A stretch of 64,000 nucleotides of DNA, taken from assembly GCA_048941285.1 (NCBI GenBank), contig JBHLNS010000005.1, forward strand, positions 32,001 through 96,000, written 5' to 3'. A program made the translations under genes and the position numbers. This document shows, in pieces, positions 40,775-49,786 of the stretch (its first letter is position 1; every line of letters starts with the position of its first letter). The notes under the pieces were generated by a model. That model was not told the origin of the DNA. It searched no databases and worked only from the letters and a program-made list of their open reading frames with translations. This stretch comes from Promethearchaeota archaeon (GTDB lineage Archaea; Asgardarchaeota; Lokiarchaeia; Sigyniarchaeales; SOKP01).

Positions 40775-41503
40775 TTGAAAGTAGATGATAAATTGTTAAA
40801 AAAATCACTAAACGCTGCTATAGATTTTTCTATAGTCAAAAAAAAGGGTTTTAAAGATAAAATAAGAAAATTTGATGAATCTATTGATCTTATTATAAAT
40901 ATTAAAGATGTTAATTTAAATGATCCAAAAAACCGTATCGATAAGGAAATTATTTTATCGAATGAAATCATTGCAAATGATAAACCGAATATATGTGTGA
41001 TTGCTTCTGACGAAATATTATTAGAAGCAAAAAAATTAGGGCTTGAAACAATCGATTCAGATGGTTTGGTAAAATTAAATAATGAGGAGAAAAAATATAA
41101 GAAAAAATTTGCGAAGAAATATGATTATTTTGTTGTAGAAGATAAAATGATGAGAGATGTGGCTCGATATTTAGCAAGATTTCTTGGACCTGTTGGTAAA
41201 ATGCCAAAACCTTTCCCTACAGGATATGGTATTATTTCTAGTACAGAAGATTTAAAAACTGCTTACGAACGATATAAGAAAATTATTAGGATTCAAATGA
41301 AAAAACAACCTATTATCTTCGTTAAAATTGGGAAAAAATCGATGAACAAGGACAAATTGTTTGAAAATATGAAGACTGTAGTAAATTTTATAGCAGAACA
41401 AATGCCTCATAGGTTCAATAATTTTAAATCAATGTATCTTAAATCTACAATGGGGAAACCTGTTAAAGTAACAGAAGAATTCCTGAAAACTATTGAGGTG
41501 TGA
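40775..41503 (+). CDS. rpl1: 50S ribosomal protein L1 (uL1)
   Basis: RKFDESIDL, LGPVGKMP, KSTMGKP. Confidence 0.95.
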   Translation: MKVDDKLLKKSLNAAIDFSIVKKKGFKDKIRKFDESIDLIINIKDVNLNDPKNRIDKEIILSNEIIANDKPNICVIASDEILLEAKKLGLETIDSDGLVKLNNEEKKYKKKFAKKYDYFVVEDKMMRDVARYLARFLGPVGKMPKPFPTGYGIISSTEDLKTAYERYKKIIRIQMKKQPIIFVKIGKKSMNKDKLFENMKTVVNFIAEQMPHRFNNFKSMYLKSTMGKPVKVTEEFLKTIEV

Positions 41504-41507
41504 AGTA

Positions 41508-42404
41508 ATGATCAAAAATAAACATATACCCAAATGGAAAATAAATGAAATTAATAAATTAGTTGATTTGTTTAGAAATTACAAAAATGTTGTTGTTATT
41601 GAAGTTGCTCATATTAATGATATGCAAATTCAGACTATGCGTAAAATATTAAGAGGAAAAGCCGTATTTAGAATGTCTAAAAAATCCCTTCAGGTCCGTG
41701 CTATAGATGAATATAAAAGTGAAACCAAAAAGAAAAATTTGGATCAATTAGCAGATCACATCCCCGGTCAATCAAGTCTAGTTTTTACTAATCTTGACAT
41801 TTTTGAATTAAAAAATATATTTTTAGAAAACGAGTGGATGGTTCCTGCCAAACCTAATGAAATCACTCCAGTAGATATCTGGGTTCCTGCTGGAGACACT
41901 GGATTACCAACGGGACAAGTTATTAGTGAACTAAATATGACACTACGTTTACCTACTAGAATTATGAATGATACTATATATATTCGAGAAGATACAAGAA
42001 CACACAAAGCGGGTGATGTAGTGGATGTAAAGCAAGCAGCGGTGTTGAAAAAATTAGGAATTACACCAATAGAATCTTTGATTAAAATCCATTTTGCCTG
42101 GAGTGATGGAGAAATTATCCCCGAGGAAATATTATACATGAATATAGATCAATTTAATCAAGATTTTGCAAAGGCTTATAGAGAATCACTTGCAATTTTA
42201 TTCGAAATGCCGTTCCTCGTTGAAGAAATGACAGAAGATTATGTTCAAAAAGCGGCTTCTGAAGCTAACATATTGAATTCTATCATTTTCGGGGAAGGAC
42301 TTAAGGTACCAAAAAAAGAAGAACCCCTTAAAGAAGAAGAAAAAGAACCTGAAGAAAAAGAAGAAGAATCAGAAAGTGTGGGGATTGGTGGATTATTTGG
42401 ATAA
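41508..42404 (+). CDS. rpl10: 50S ribosomal protein L10/P0 (uL10)
   Basis: IPKWK, MRKILRG, PAGDTGL, acidic tail ending GGLFG; ATG at 41508 preferred as start. Confidence 0.95.
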   Translation: MIKNKHIPKWKINEINKLVDLFRNYKNVVVIEVAHINDMQIQTMRKILRGKAVFRMSKKSLQVRAIDEYKSETKKKNLDQLADHIPGQSSLVFTNLDIFELKNIFLENEWMVPAKPNEITPVDIWVPAGDTGLPTGQVISELNMTLRLPTRIMNDTIYIREDTRTHKAGDVVDVKQAAVLKKLGITPIESLIKIHFAWSDGEIIPEEILYMNIDQFNQDFAKAYRESLAILFEMPFLVEEMTEDYVQKAASEANILNSIIFGEGLKVPKKEEPLKEEEKEPEEKEEESESVGIGGLFG

Positions 42405-42473
42405 AAAATTAACAATTTTTTGAAATAAAAAAAAATTTATAAAAATAATGATTAAAAAAAGAGGTTAGATAAA

Positions 42474-42764
42474 ATGGAAAGTATATATGCAGCTTTATTA
42501 CTCCACAAAGCTGGAGGTAAAATTAACGAAGCAAATGTAGAAAAGGTATTGACAGCGGCAGGCGCTAAAGTTGATAAATCAGAAATCTCAAAGCTAATTG
42601 CTGGTTTAAAACAGACAAAGATTGAGGATATTATAAAATCTGCTAGCGCTATGCCCGCAATTGCTGCTCCAAAAGAAGCTCCAGCAGAGAAGAAAAAAGA
42701 GGAAAAGAAGAAAAAAGAAGAACCCGAGGAAGAAGAGCCCACAGGGATTGGAAGTTTGTTTTAG
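42474..42764 (+). CDS. rpl12: ribosomal stalk protein P1 (archaeal L12)
   Basis: MESIYAALLLH, Ala-rich hinge, acidic tail ending GSLF. Confidence 0.95.
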   Translation: MESIYAALLLHKAGGKINEANVEKVLTAAGAKVDKSEISKLIAGLKQTKIEDIIKSASAMPAIAAPKEAPAEKKKEEKKKKEEPEEEEPTGIGSLF

Positions 42765-43090
42765 ATTAATTTAATTCAGTAATTTATCCAAAAATTTAAT
42801 GAATAGATTAAATAGAAGGAAAATTATTACGAATCAATTTCAAGATTAAATTAATCATATTAATTTCAATTTTCACCCCAAAAAAGATATAATTTTTTTA
42901 CACACTTTTTTTTATATTTTTTAACAAATTTACTAGTCTAAATCAATGTTAAATCAAATGCTTTTCCAAATAGCAAACTTTTTTTAAAATTCTTTTTTTT
43001 TTTAAATTACATGTCAAATTTTAGAATTTGAAAAAATTTCAAGAAGAGCTAAAATAAGACAATCGAAAATATTAACAATTCTGATTAAAA

Positions 43091-44584
43091 ATGGCTGGAA
43101 AGTTCCTTAAATTCTTCACTCCATTTGTAAAAGTAATGCCGGAAATTAAACAGCCGCAACGCGAAGTCAGTTTTAAAGAGAAATTTATCTGGACTGCTAT
43201 AGTCTTATTAATTTATTTGATAATGAGTAATGTTCCTCTATATGGGATAAAAATTGAAGAATCAACAGATTATTTTTATTGGTTAAGAGTTATCCTGGCT
43301 AGTCAGAGGGGAATGTTAACAGAATTAGGTATTGGCCCAATAGTAACAGCTGGTCTTATTATGCAATTACTTCTTGGTTCCCGAATAATTAATGTAAATA
43401 TGGCAGATCCATATGATAGAGCAATGTTTAGTGGAGCCCAAAAAGTCCTTGCTATCTTTTTAACAATTTTCAATTCTGTTGCTTATATTTTCGGCGGAGC
43501 ATTTGGTCAATTAGGAATTGCAGAAGGCTTTTTTGTTTTTTTCCAATTATTGTTTGCAGGAATAATTATTATTTTACTTGATGAAGTCCTCCAGAAGGGT
43601 TGGGGGCTTGGAAGTGGCGTATCATTATTCATAGCTGCAGGTGTTGCTGGACAAATCTTTTGGAATTGTTTTAGTCTTATACCTACCCCCCCTCCGACTG
43701 ATGGAGATGGGCTACCAAGAGGGATTGTTATAGCTTTCTTTTGGGCATTATTTGACAATAACCCTAGTACTGATGTGGGAGCGATTTTTTTCCGAAGTAT
43801 TGGTCAGGGTAGTTACCCATCACTTTTAGGAATAATTACTACAGTAAGTATATTCTTGATCGTAATTTGGTTCGAATCTACACGTGTTGAGATACCGTTA
43901 GCATATCGGGGTAGTCGAGGCTTTAAAAGTAAATATCCAATGAAATTACTTTATGTTTCCAACATTCCTGTTATTTTAGTCAATGCGTTATATGCAAATA
44001 TTTTATTCTTTGGCCAATTATTTGCTGGACCTGACTCTTGGTTGCGTTCAAAAAATGGTGGGCCTATCCCCGATTTCTGGGTTAATATAATAGGAGTGTT
44101 TGATTCTGTTGAAGGTGGAGCAGTTCAAGGCACTCAACTCGTCCCAACTGGGGGCTTGATATACTTACTCACCCCACCAACTTCTCTTGTACAATTGACA
44201 TCAGATCCTCTCAGGGCAGTTATATATTTAGTGATATTTATATTTTTGTGCATATTGCTCGGCCGTGTCTGGGTCGAAGTCTCAGGTCTAGCGCCACGCG
44301 ATATAGCTCAACAAATAATAGATTCAAAAATGCAAGTACCTGGATTTAGAAGCTCTGCAAAGATAATTGAAAGAATTCTTAAAAGATATATTCCAACCCT
44401 TGTTATATTAAACGGTTTTATCATAGCTTGCTTAAGTTTCGGAGCAGATACTTTAGGAGCGTTGACTTCAGGGACAGGTCTGCTTATAGCAATAGGCATT
44501 ATCCACAACTATGCCGAAACTATTAGCAAAGAGCTAGCGGCATCACAATATCCCGGTTTAAGAGCAATGCTTGGAATGGATTGA
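43091..44584 (+). CDS. secY: protein translocase SecY/Sec61alpha
   Basis: ELGIGPIVTAG, GWGLGSGVSLFI, LLYVSNIPVIL, PGFR, GTGLL. Confidence 0.96.
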   Translation: MAGKFLKFFTPFVKVMPEIKQPQREVSFKEKFIWTAIVLLIYLIMSNVPLYGIKIEESTDYFYWLRVILASQRGMLTELGIGPIVTAGLIMQLLLGSRIINVNMADPYDRAMFSGAQKVLAIFLTIFNSVAYIFGGAFGQLGIAEGFFVFFQLLFAGIIIILLDEVLQKGWGLGSGVSLFIAAGVAGQIFWNCFSLIPTPPPTDGDGLPRGIVIAFFWALFDNNPSTDVGAIFFRSIGQGSYPSLLGIITTVSIFLIVIWFESTRVEIPLAYRGSRGFKSKYPMKLLYVSNIPVILVNALYANILFFGQLFAGPDSWLRSKNGGPIPDFWVNIIGVFDSVEGGAVQGTQLVPTGGLIYLLTPPTSLVQLTSDPLRAVIYLVIFIFLCILLGRVWVEVSGLAPRDIAQQIIDSKMQVPGFRSSAKIIERILKRYIPTLVILNGFIIACLSFGADTLGALTSGTGLLIAIGIIHNYAETISKELAASQYPGLRAMLGMD

Positions 44585-44780
44585 TGGAAGTCCAGATTTT
44601 GAATAATCTTATAAATTTAACTGTAATTTATATATAATTTGAAAATTTCTATTTATCATAACACTTTTTATTTATCATATTATAATTTTTAATCCCATGG
44701 AATATATGACTTCGAAATTTAATTTTGACCGAATAGTATATGAAAACTTTATAAAAATTTTAATATAAATAAATATAGAG

Positions 44781-45383
44781 ATGTTGTTATTAATCTTTCA
44801 AAATGCCTTTTTAGATTTTATTACTAGACCTCCTGGTTCAATGCTTTTTGTTATACTATTAGCCTTAACCACAGCTTTAATTAGTGCAGGTTTAACTAAA
44901 TTATTAGTAGACAGTGAGGAAATAAATCGTAAGCAAAAACAAATTAAATCACATGAAGAAGATAAAGAAAAGATAATAGCCTTAGCAGAGATTGACCCTG
45001 AACGTTATAGAAAGGCCCGAAAAAAATGGGAACGTAAAGATGCTATGTTTAAACAATCGCAACAAAGGATGTCTTTGCAAAGGATGAAACCAACCTGTAT
45101 AACATTTCTTCCGATGATTATTATCTTTGGTATCGTGAATACAATGTTTGCTGGCAAACCGGTAGCGATGTCTCCTATGAACGCTAACGATGTTCCCTTA
45201 ATTGGTGGCTTCATTGCAGCAGGTAATCTTTTCATAAATTTTACAGCATGGTATTTTCTTTGTTCATTGGGATTTAATACTCTTGTTCAAAGGATCCTTA
45301 AACTTCAAAGTCAAGCTTCGGGTGGTATGGGAGGTATGTTTGCGGGTCAAAAAGCAAAATCTTTAGAATTTCCAGATGTATAG
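44781..45383 (+). CDS. EMC3/TMCO1 (DUF106, Oxa1 superfamily) membrane insertase
   Basis: TM-coiled coil-TM layout, MKPTCITFLPM, WYFLCS; position after secY. Confidence 0.85.
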   Translation: MLLLIFQNAFLDFITRPPGSMLFVILLALTTALISAGLTKLLVDSEEINRKQKQIKSHEEDKEKIIALAEIDPERYRKARKKWERKDAMFKQSQQRMSLQRMKPTCITFLPMIIIFGIVNTMFAGKPVAMSPMNANDVPLIGGFIAAGNLFINFTAWYFLCSLGFNTLVQRILKLQSQASGGMGGMFAGQKAKSLEFPDV

Positions 45384-45410
45384 CAAACTTAGTTTGTTTT
45401 AAAGAAAATA

Positions 45411-45541
45411 CGCAACGGGAGGGATTTATTCTTATAAGAAGTATTTTCTTATACATTGAACCCCCGAGTGCATTCACACACCGGCTTTCTGGGATAGCAT
45501 CCACTCCAAGCCGGCGCCGTACCGGGCTAGGCAACCGTTGC
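45411..45541 (-). tRNA. tRNA-Ser(GGA) with two introns (45487-45503 at 37/38; 45426-45455 in the T-loop)
   Basis: Acceptor GCAACGG/CCGTTGC, G73, anticodon stem CCGGC/GCCGG, long variable arm, TTCAAAT T-loop restored after splicing; 84 nt mature. Confidence 0.88.
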
Positions 45542-45594
45542 ATACAAAAAATTATAAAGAGTAAAAAGATTATTTAAGATTTTACAGATATAAA

Positions 45595-45867
45595 CTATTT
45601 TATTGGAATTGACAGTATTTCTTTCATTTTTTTTTCTAATTTAGCTTTTTTAATTGCAGCTTCGACTTCTTCATGTTTAGCCCCTTTTTTAATTTCTATT
45701 GTTTCTGTGATTGGTTCTACATGCTTATAATTTACTCGCCTTCTACGAATTTTTAAACCATCGATAAGTAAGTAATTTTTATCAATTATATCAACTATAA
45801 TACAATAATGTCCTGCTTCTCTTCCCATAGTTTTTACACATAATCTTCCAATATCATAAACGCTCAT
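45595..45867 (-). CDS. rpl14e: ribosomal protein L14e
   Basis: IGRLCVKTMGREAG...IVDIIDKNYLLIDG...RRRVN. Confidence 0.93.
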   Translation of the reverse strand: MSVYDIGRLCVKTMGREAGHYCIIVDIIDKNYLLIDGLKIRRRRVNYKHVEPITETIEIKKGAKHEEVEAAIKKAKLEKKMKEILSIPIK

Positions 45868-46006
45868 ATAATTTGTCACCAAATCATTTTTTATTATTTT
45901 ATAATTACTGGTTGTTTCATATATCCAGTAACCATTTCTAATTTTTAGTAATTTTTAAAATCAATATAAGCATAAAATTTTTTCGATTTTATAGATATAA
46001 AATTAA

Positions 46007-46540
46007 TTATGGTTTATTTAGAAAAGAAATAATTTGTTCTAAAATTTCTTCAACTGTAAGATATTCTGTATTTATAATTAAGTCAAATATTTGATTTGAT
46101 TGCTCTTGAACACTTAAATCAATATTATAAAGACGTTTAAACCGCTGTAATTCTGATTTTTCTCTCAATAAAGTCTCCGTTAACTTCTCTTCATAGTCAC
46201 TATCATCTCTTTCTAACATACGTTTTACTCGGGTTTCTAAAGAACAAGTTAATAATATATTGAAATCGGCTATAGTCTTGAGAAGATATCCACTTAGTTG
46301 ACTATCGATAATAATATTTCCTTGTCGAGCAATTTCAATAATTTTATTATCTAATTTTTTATCAATTTCAGGGTTTTTTTCTACATATTTTGTAAATTCC
46401 TTAAGAGTCATATTCATTTCTGACGCTAGATCTCTAAAAATTTGGCCAGTACTATAATATTGAAGCTTAAGTTTTTCAGCAATTAATTTTGCAATGGTAG
46501 ATTTGCCAGTTCCGTGGAGTCCTGAAATAGTTATAATCAT
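46007..46540 (-). CDS. cmk: cytidylate kinase (archaeal type)
   Basis: IITISGLHGTGKST, G.IFR, EID; lies between rpl34e and rpl14e. Confidence 0.9.
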   Translation of the reverse strand: MIITISGLHGTGKSTIAKLIAEKLKLQYYSTGQIFRDLASEMNMTLKEFTKYVEKNPEIDKKLDNKIIEIARQGNIIIDSQLSGYLLKTIADFNILLTCSLETRVKRMLERDDSDYEEKLTETLLREKSELQRFKRLYNIDLSVQEQSNQIFDLIINTEYLTVEEILEQIISFLNKP

Positions 46541-46631
46541 TTTATATTAATATTTTAAAGTGTAATAATTCAATTAAGATTTGATGTATTTATGATTATT
46601 ACTTTTAGAAACAAATAATTATAGTAATATT

Positions 46632-46910
46632 CTATGATGTCTTTTGACTCCAAACACTCTCTTTTATTAAAGTTTGAAGACATTTCGCACAATATCTCCC
46701 ACTTTCCACTCTATTTGCCCTTCTTGATGTAATATGAGTTTTAGTCATTTTAGAAGGTCTTAATCTTGGAATAGACTGAAGAGGTTTTTTACATATTGCA
46801 CAGTTTGCTCTCTTAGGTTTTTTTCTCCAATAGTGGGTAACATTTCTGTTCCCTGGTGTGCTGACAGATTTTCTTGCTTGAGTTTTAGAACGTAAACCTG
46901 GTCGTGGAAT
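46632..46910 (-). CDS. rpl34e: ribosomal protein L34e (92 aa), ATT start
   Basis: (I)PRPGLRSKTQARKSVSTPGNRNVTHYWRKKPKRANCAICKKPL...GRYCAKC; missed by the ORF track. Confidence 0.92.
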   Translation of the reverse strand: MPRPGLRSKTQARKSVSTPGNRNVTHYWRKKPKRANCAICKKPLQSIPRLRPSKMTKTHITSRRANRVESGRYCAKCLQTLIKESVWSQKTS

Positions 46911-47000
46911 TATAATTACCTTTTATATTATTGTTTGAGAGAATATTATTAATTTATATTAATTTAAATTACTGAAAAAATATTAATTTTATTATTTTGT

Positions 47001-47621
47001 TTAAGGTTTAAGATTTAATTTGTTTTGAAATTCTTTAAACATTTGATATAAATCTTCTATTAATTTTTCTCTGAATTTTGCATTTGAAAACAATTGATCA
47101 GTTTGATTTAGAGCATTTGTTTGAATTGATTTAACCTTGGATAAGATGTTATCTAATCCTGGAAACTTATCCAAATTATTGGTTAACTCTTCAAATAGAT
47201 TAAAAATCAGGTCATTTTTTGTTAAACCATTCAAAGTTAAAGCATCCATAAGTGTTATAAACGAAGTGGTTATTTCAGAAGTAATTCCAGGCAATTCTAA
47301 AAATGTGCGATTTTTTGTTGCTATGCTATTATCTGATAAATTTAAGGATGAAACTCGATTAATGATGTCTATAGCAGAGTTATAATCATGAGTCAAATCC
47401 ATTCTATTCAGAAGATCTGAAAGTTGAAGTTTATTTTCTTTCAAAGTAAAATTTAATTTCAATAAGTTATTCATAGTTGTTTTTAATGCCTTTTTAAAGA
47501 AATTTTGATTTACTATCCCTTTTTGATACTTAATGTTCAAATTTGTTATTGATTTTACCAATGCAAATAATTCAGATTCAATTTTGGATTCAATGTCAGG
47601 ATTATTATAATCTTCTGTCAT
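47001..47621 (-). CDS. vps28: Vps28-like ESCRT-I subunit
   Basis: N-terminal ELFALVKSITNL..KYQKG and C-terminal SEITTSFITLMDALTLN match the Vps28 ELYxII.../FITLMDALKLN signatures. Confidence 0.7.
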   Translation of the reverse strand: MTEDYNNPDIESKIESELFALVKSITNLNIKYQKGIVNQNFFKKALKTTMNNLLKLNFTLKENKLQLSDLLNRMDLTHDYNSAIDIINRVSSLNLSDNSIATKNRTFLELPGITSEITTSFITLMDALTLNGLTKNDLIFNLFEELTNNLDKFPGLDNILSKVKSIQTNALNQTDQLFSNAKFREKLIEDLYQMFKEFQNKLNLKP

Positions 47622-47686
47622 ATCGCGCTTTATTAAATAAAAATTTCAGAATTTTTATATAACGTTGGGATTGAGAGCTAATAAAT

Positions 47687-48589
47687 TTAACCAAATAATG
47701 TTGGGCGTAGGAAATAGAATAATATAGCGACTACTATACCAATAATAATATTAGGTATTAATACTCGGGTTGTTGAAGAATTACTTAATTCTCTAATAGC
47801 GAGAGTCATTAAAATAGGTACCCATGTGGCTAGGGTTATTGCATCGATTATATCTAAAGTAGCCCAAGTTGGTGCATCAAATATTTGATCTATATTAATT
47901 ACATCTACAGTTGGAAACCCAAAGACTACAATAAAGATCTTGATAGCATTTATTATTAGAAATGGAGTAAACGCACATAACATCATTCTGAATTTATATG
48001 CGCCTTCTAATTGTAGCATTGTACCGCCTTTATATATACTAAATGGACTTACATCAGTTTCCTTATATTTTTCTCTTTGTTCTTTAAGTCCTCCAAAACG
48101 TGTTTCCAACTTTTCTGTAAACCCTACAGCATAATTAGCTCCCTTACTAAATAACCATATTAAGAACCAAAACAAAAGTAATTGAAAACAAAATCCAAAT
48201 AGAAAAAATGTGCTAAAAAAACTTAAACCATATAAAAAGTGACCAAGTGAATATGGTGGAAGACCGGGAAAATTGAAATGTGAAAAGAATGCTAAGCCCA
48301 TTAATCCATATAATAAAGAACAAAATAGTAAAATTAACCATCCAGGAGCCTTACTTCTTTTATGATTAATATCGTGAAAAGCCTTTGGAGCATTTACAAA
48401 AAGATAAAAGATCTTCATATACCATCGATATGGGCTCGTCCATTCTGCCTCATATCTCCTAAAAAACCTAATATTTTCAATTCTTTCTATTTTTAATCTA
48501 AAACCACAGAAATTACAAGCATAACTATCAGCTGTATTCTCATTTCCACACCTAGGACACCGCTGAAATGCGGCAACTGTCTGAGACAT
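47687..48589 (-). CDS. zinc-ribbon + Yip1-like multi-pass membrane protein
   Basis: N-terminal CPRC/CNFC, then PxKAF followed by five TM helices. Confidence 0.6.
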   Translation of the reverse strand: MSQTVAAFQRCPRCGNENTADSYACNFCGFRLKIERIENIRFFRRYEAEWTSPYRWYMKIFYLFVNAPKAFHDINHKRSKAPGWLILLFCSLLYGLMGLAFFSHFNFPGLPPYSLGHFLYGLSFFSTFFLFGFCFQLLLFWFLIWLFSKGANYAVGFTEKLETRFGGLKEQREKYKETDVSPFSIYKGGTMLQLEGAYKFRMMLCAFTPFLIINAIKIFIVVFGFPTVDVINIDQIFDAPTWATLDIIDAITLATWVPILMTLAIRELSNSSTTRVLIPNIIIGIVVAILFYFLRPTLFG

Positions 48590-48713
48590 TATTATATGAA
48601 TATTTTAATAATTTTTATAATAAACATATAATAAAATAATCTTATAAAAATTTCTTCTAATCTTCACATGAATTCTTAATGAATTCTTCCTTTATATAAG
48701 AGATTTTTATTAA

Positions 48714-49757
48714 CTATATAAATTCAATTATAGAATGTGATTTCTTATTTTCGACTTGATAGTCTCTTTCTAAAAATAATTTAATCAATTCAAGATTAGT
48801 TTTAGTGTGATTTGTTATTTCAAGTACTTTTATTCTTGAAGGCTTTTTAATATAAGCCATGAAAGGAATTAATTGATCACTTAAATAATTATCAACGGGA
48901 ATTTGTTTTTTAATATAGGTTATAAGTTTATTAGCTGCTATAATTCCTAAATCTTCGGAAGTAATATTTCTCTCACCTAATATTGTTCCAGAAGAAATTA
49001 TAGCTCCTGTATCTGAATTTGCCCATAAACAAAGCCCTACTCCTGGACTTAGGGATTGTACATACTTATAAGTAATATTAGCTTCAATTCTTAAGCTTCT
49101 TTTTATTTGAAGAATTACCGTTTTTTTTATTCTTTCACATACTTTTTTATTAATTAGATGATTAGTACAGATAATTTCACCTTGAATTAAATCAATATCT
49201 CCTAATTCTGTTAAATTAAGTGATTTAAGCTTATTTTTAGGAGGATGTATAATACATTTTGTGACAGCCCCGCCTTTAGGATAAAAACCATGTTTTAAAA
49301 TATTTAAGTCAATATCAAAACCATGAGTTCTAAATATATTATATGTTACATGTTGAAGATAGTTAAGACCTGGGGCATATTTACCAAATGTCCCCCCACC
49401 ATTTACGAGAATTTCAATTTTTTCTACTCTATTAAAACCCAGACTTGCGATCTGAATGGGTTGGATTAATAACCCTATATTTCCTGCAGTTCCAACATCT
49501 ACTTCAATTCTAGTTTTTATTTTTTCTTTAGGGTATAATGTGATTTCTTTGGTCCCAACTTGACAATCAGATAATGAACTATCTGTCAGGATAGCCAAGG
49601 TCTCCAAGCCTTTTAGGTGTTGTAGACGTAAACCGGGCTTAGACCTATTTGCTCTTATATTCTTTATTCTAATTGGGCGTTTGCATAATATTGAAAATCC
49701 TGCTCCTATTCGAACTATAGCACCTCCACCTTCACCAAAAGCTCCATCTATTTCCAA
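48714..49757 (-). CDS. rtcA: RNA 3'-terminal phosphate cyclase
   Basis: IDGAFGEGGG, IRANR.KPGL..QHL, GFYPKGG, DQLI, TNHTKTN. Confidence 0.9.
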   Translation of the reverse strand: MEIDGAFGEGGGAIVRIGAGFSILCKRPIRIKNIRANRSKPGLRLQHLKGLETLAILTDSSLSDCQVGTKEITLYPKEKIKTRIEVDVGTAGNIGLLIQPIQIASLGFNRVEKIEILVNGGGTFGKYAPGLNYLQHVTYNIFRTHGFDIDLNILKHGFYPKGGAVTKCIIHPPKNKLKSLNLTELGDIDLIQGEIICTNHLINKKVCERIKKTVILQIKRSLRIEANITYKYVQSLSPGVGLCLWANSDTGAIISSGTILGERNITSEDLGIIAANKLITYIKKQIPVDNYLSDQLIPFMAYIKKPSRIKVLEITNHTKTNLELIKLFLERDYQVENKKSHSIIEFI

Positions 49758-49786
49758 GATTTTATCTGAGGTGATGAATTATCCCC

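Noticed and set aside
45298-45543. 81-aa minus-strand ORF, or SRP RNA
   Set aside because: The GC-rich segment resolves as an intron-containing tRNA-Ser; the ORF is a shadow of it.
45905-45931. Hairpin TTACTGG/CCAGTAA between cmk and rpl14e
   Set aside because: A single 7-bp stem with no BHB geometry or other support; could be chance.
48714-49757. rtcA as a dedicated component of the intron system
   Set aside because: EndA already leaves 2',3'-cyclic phosphates and RtcA is widespread; proximity alone is not evidence.
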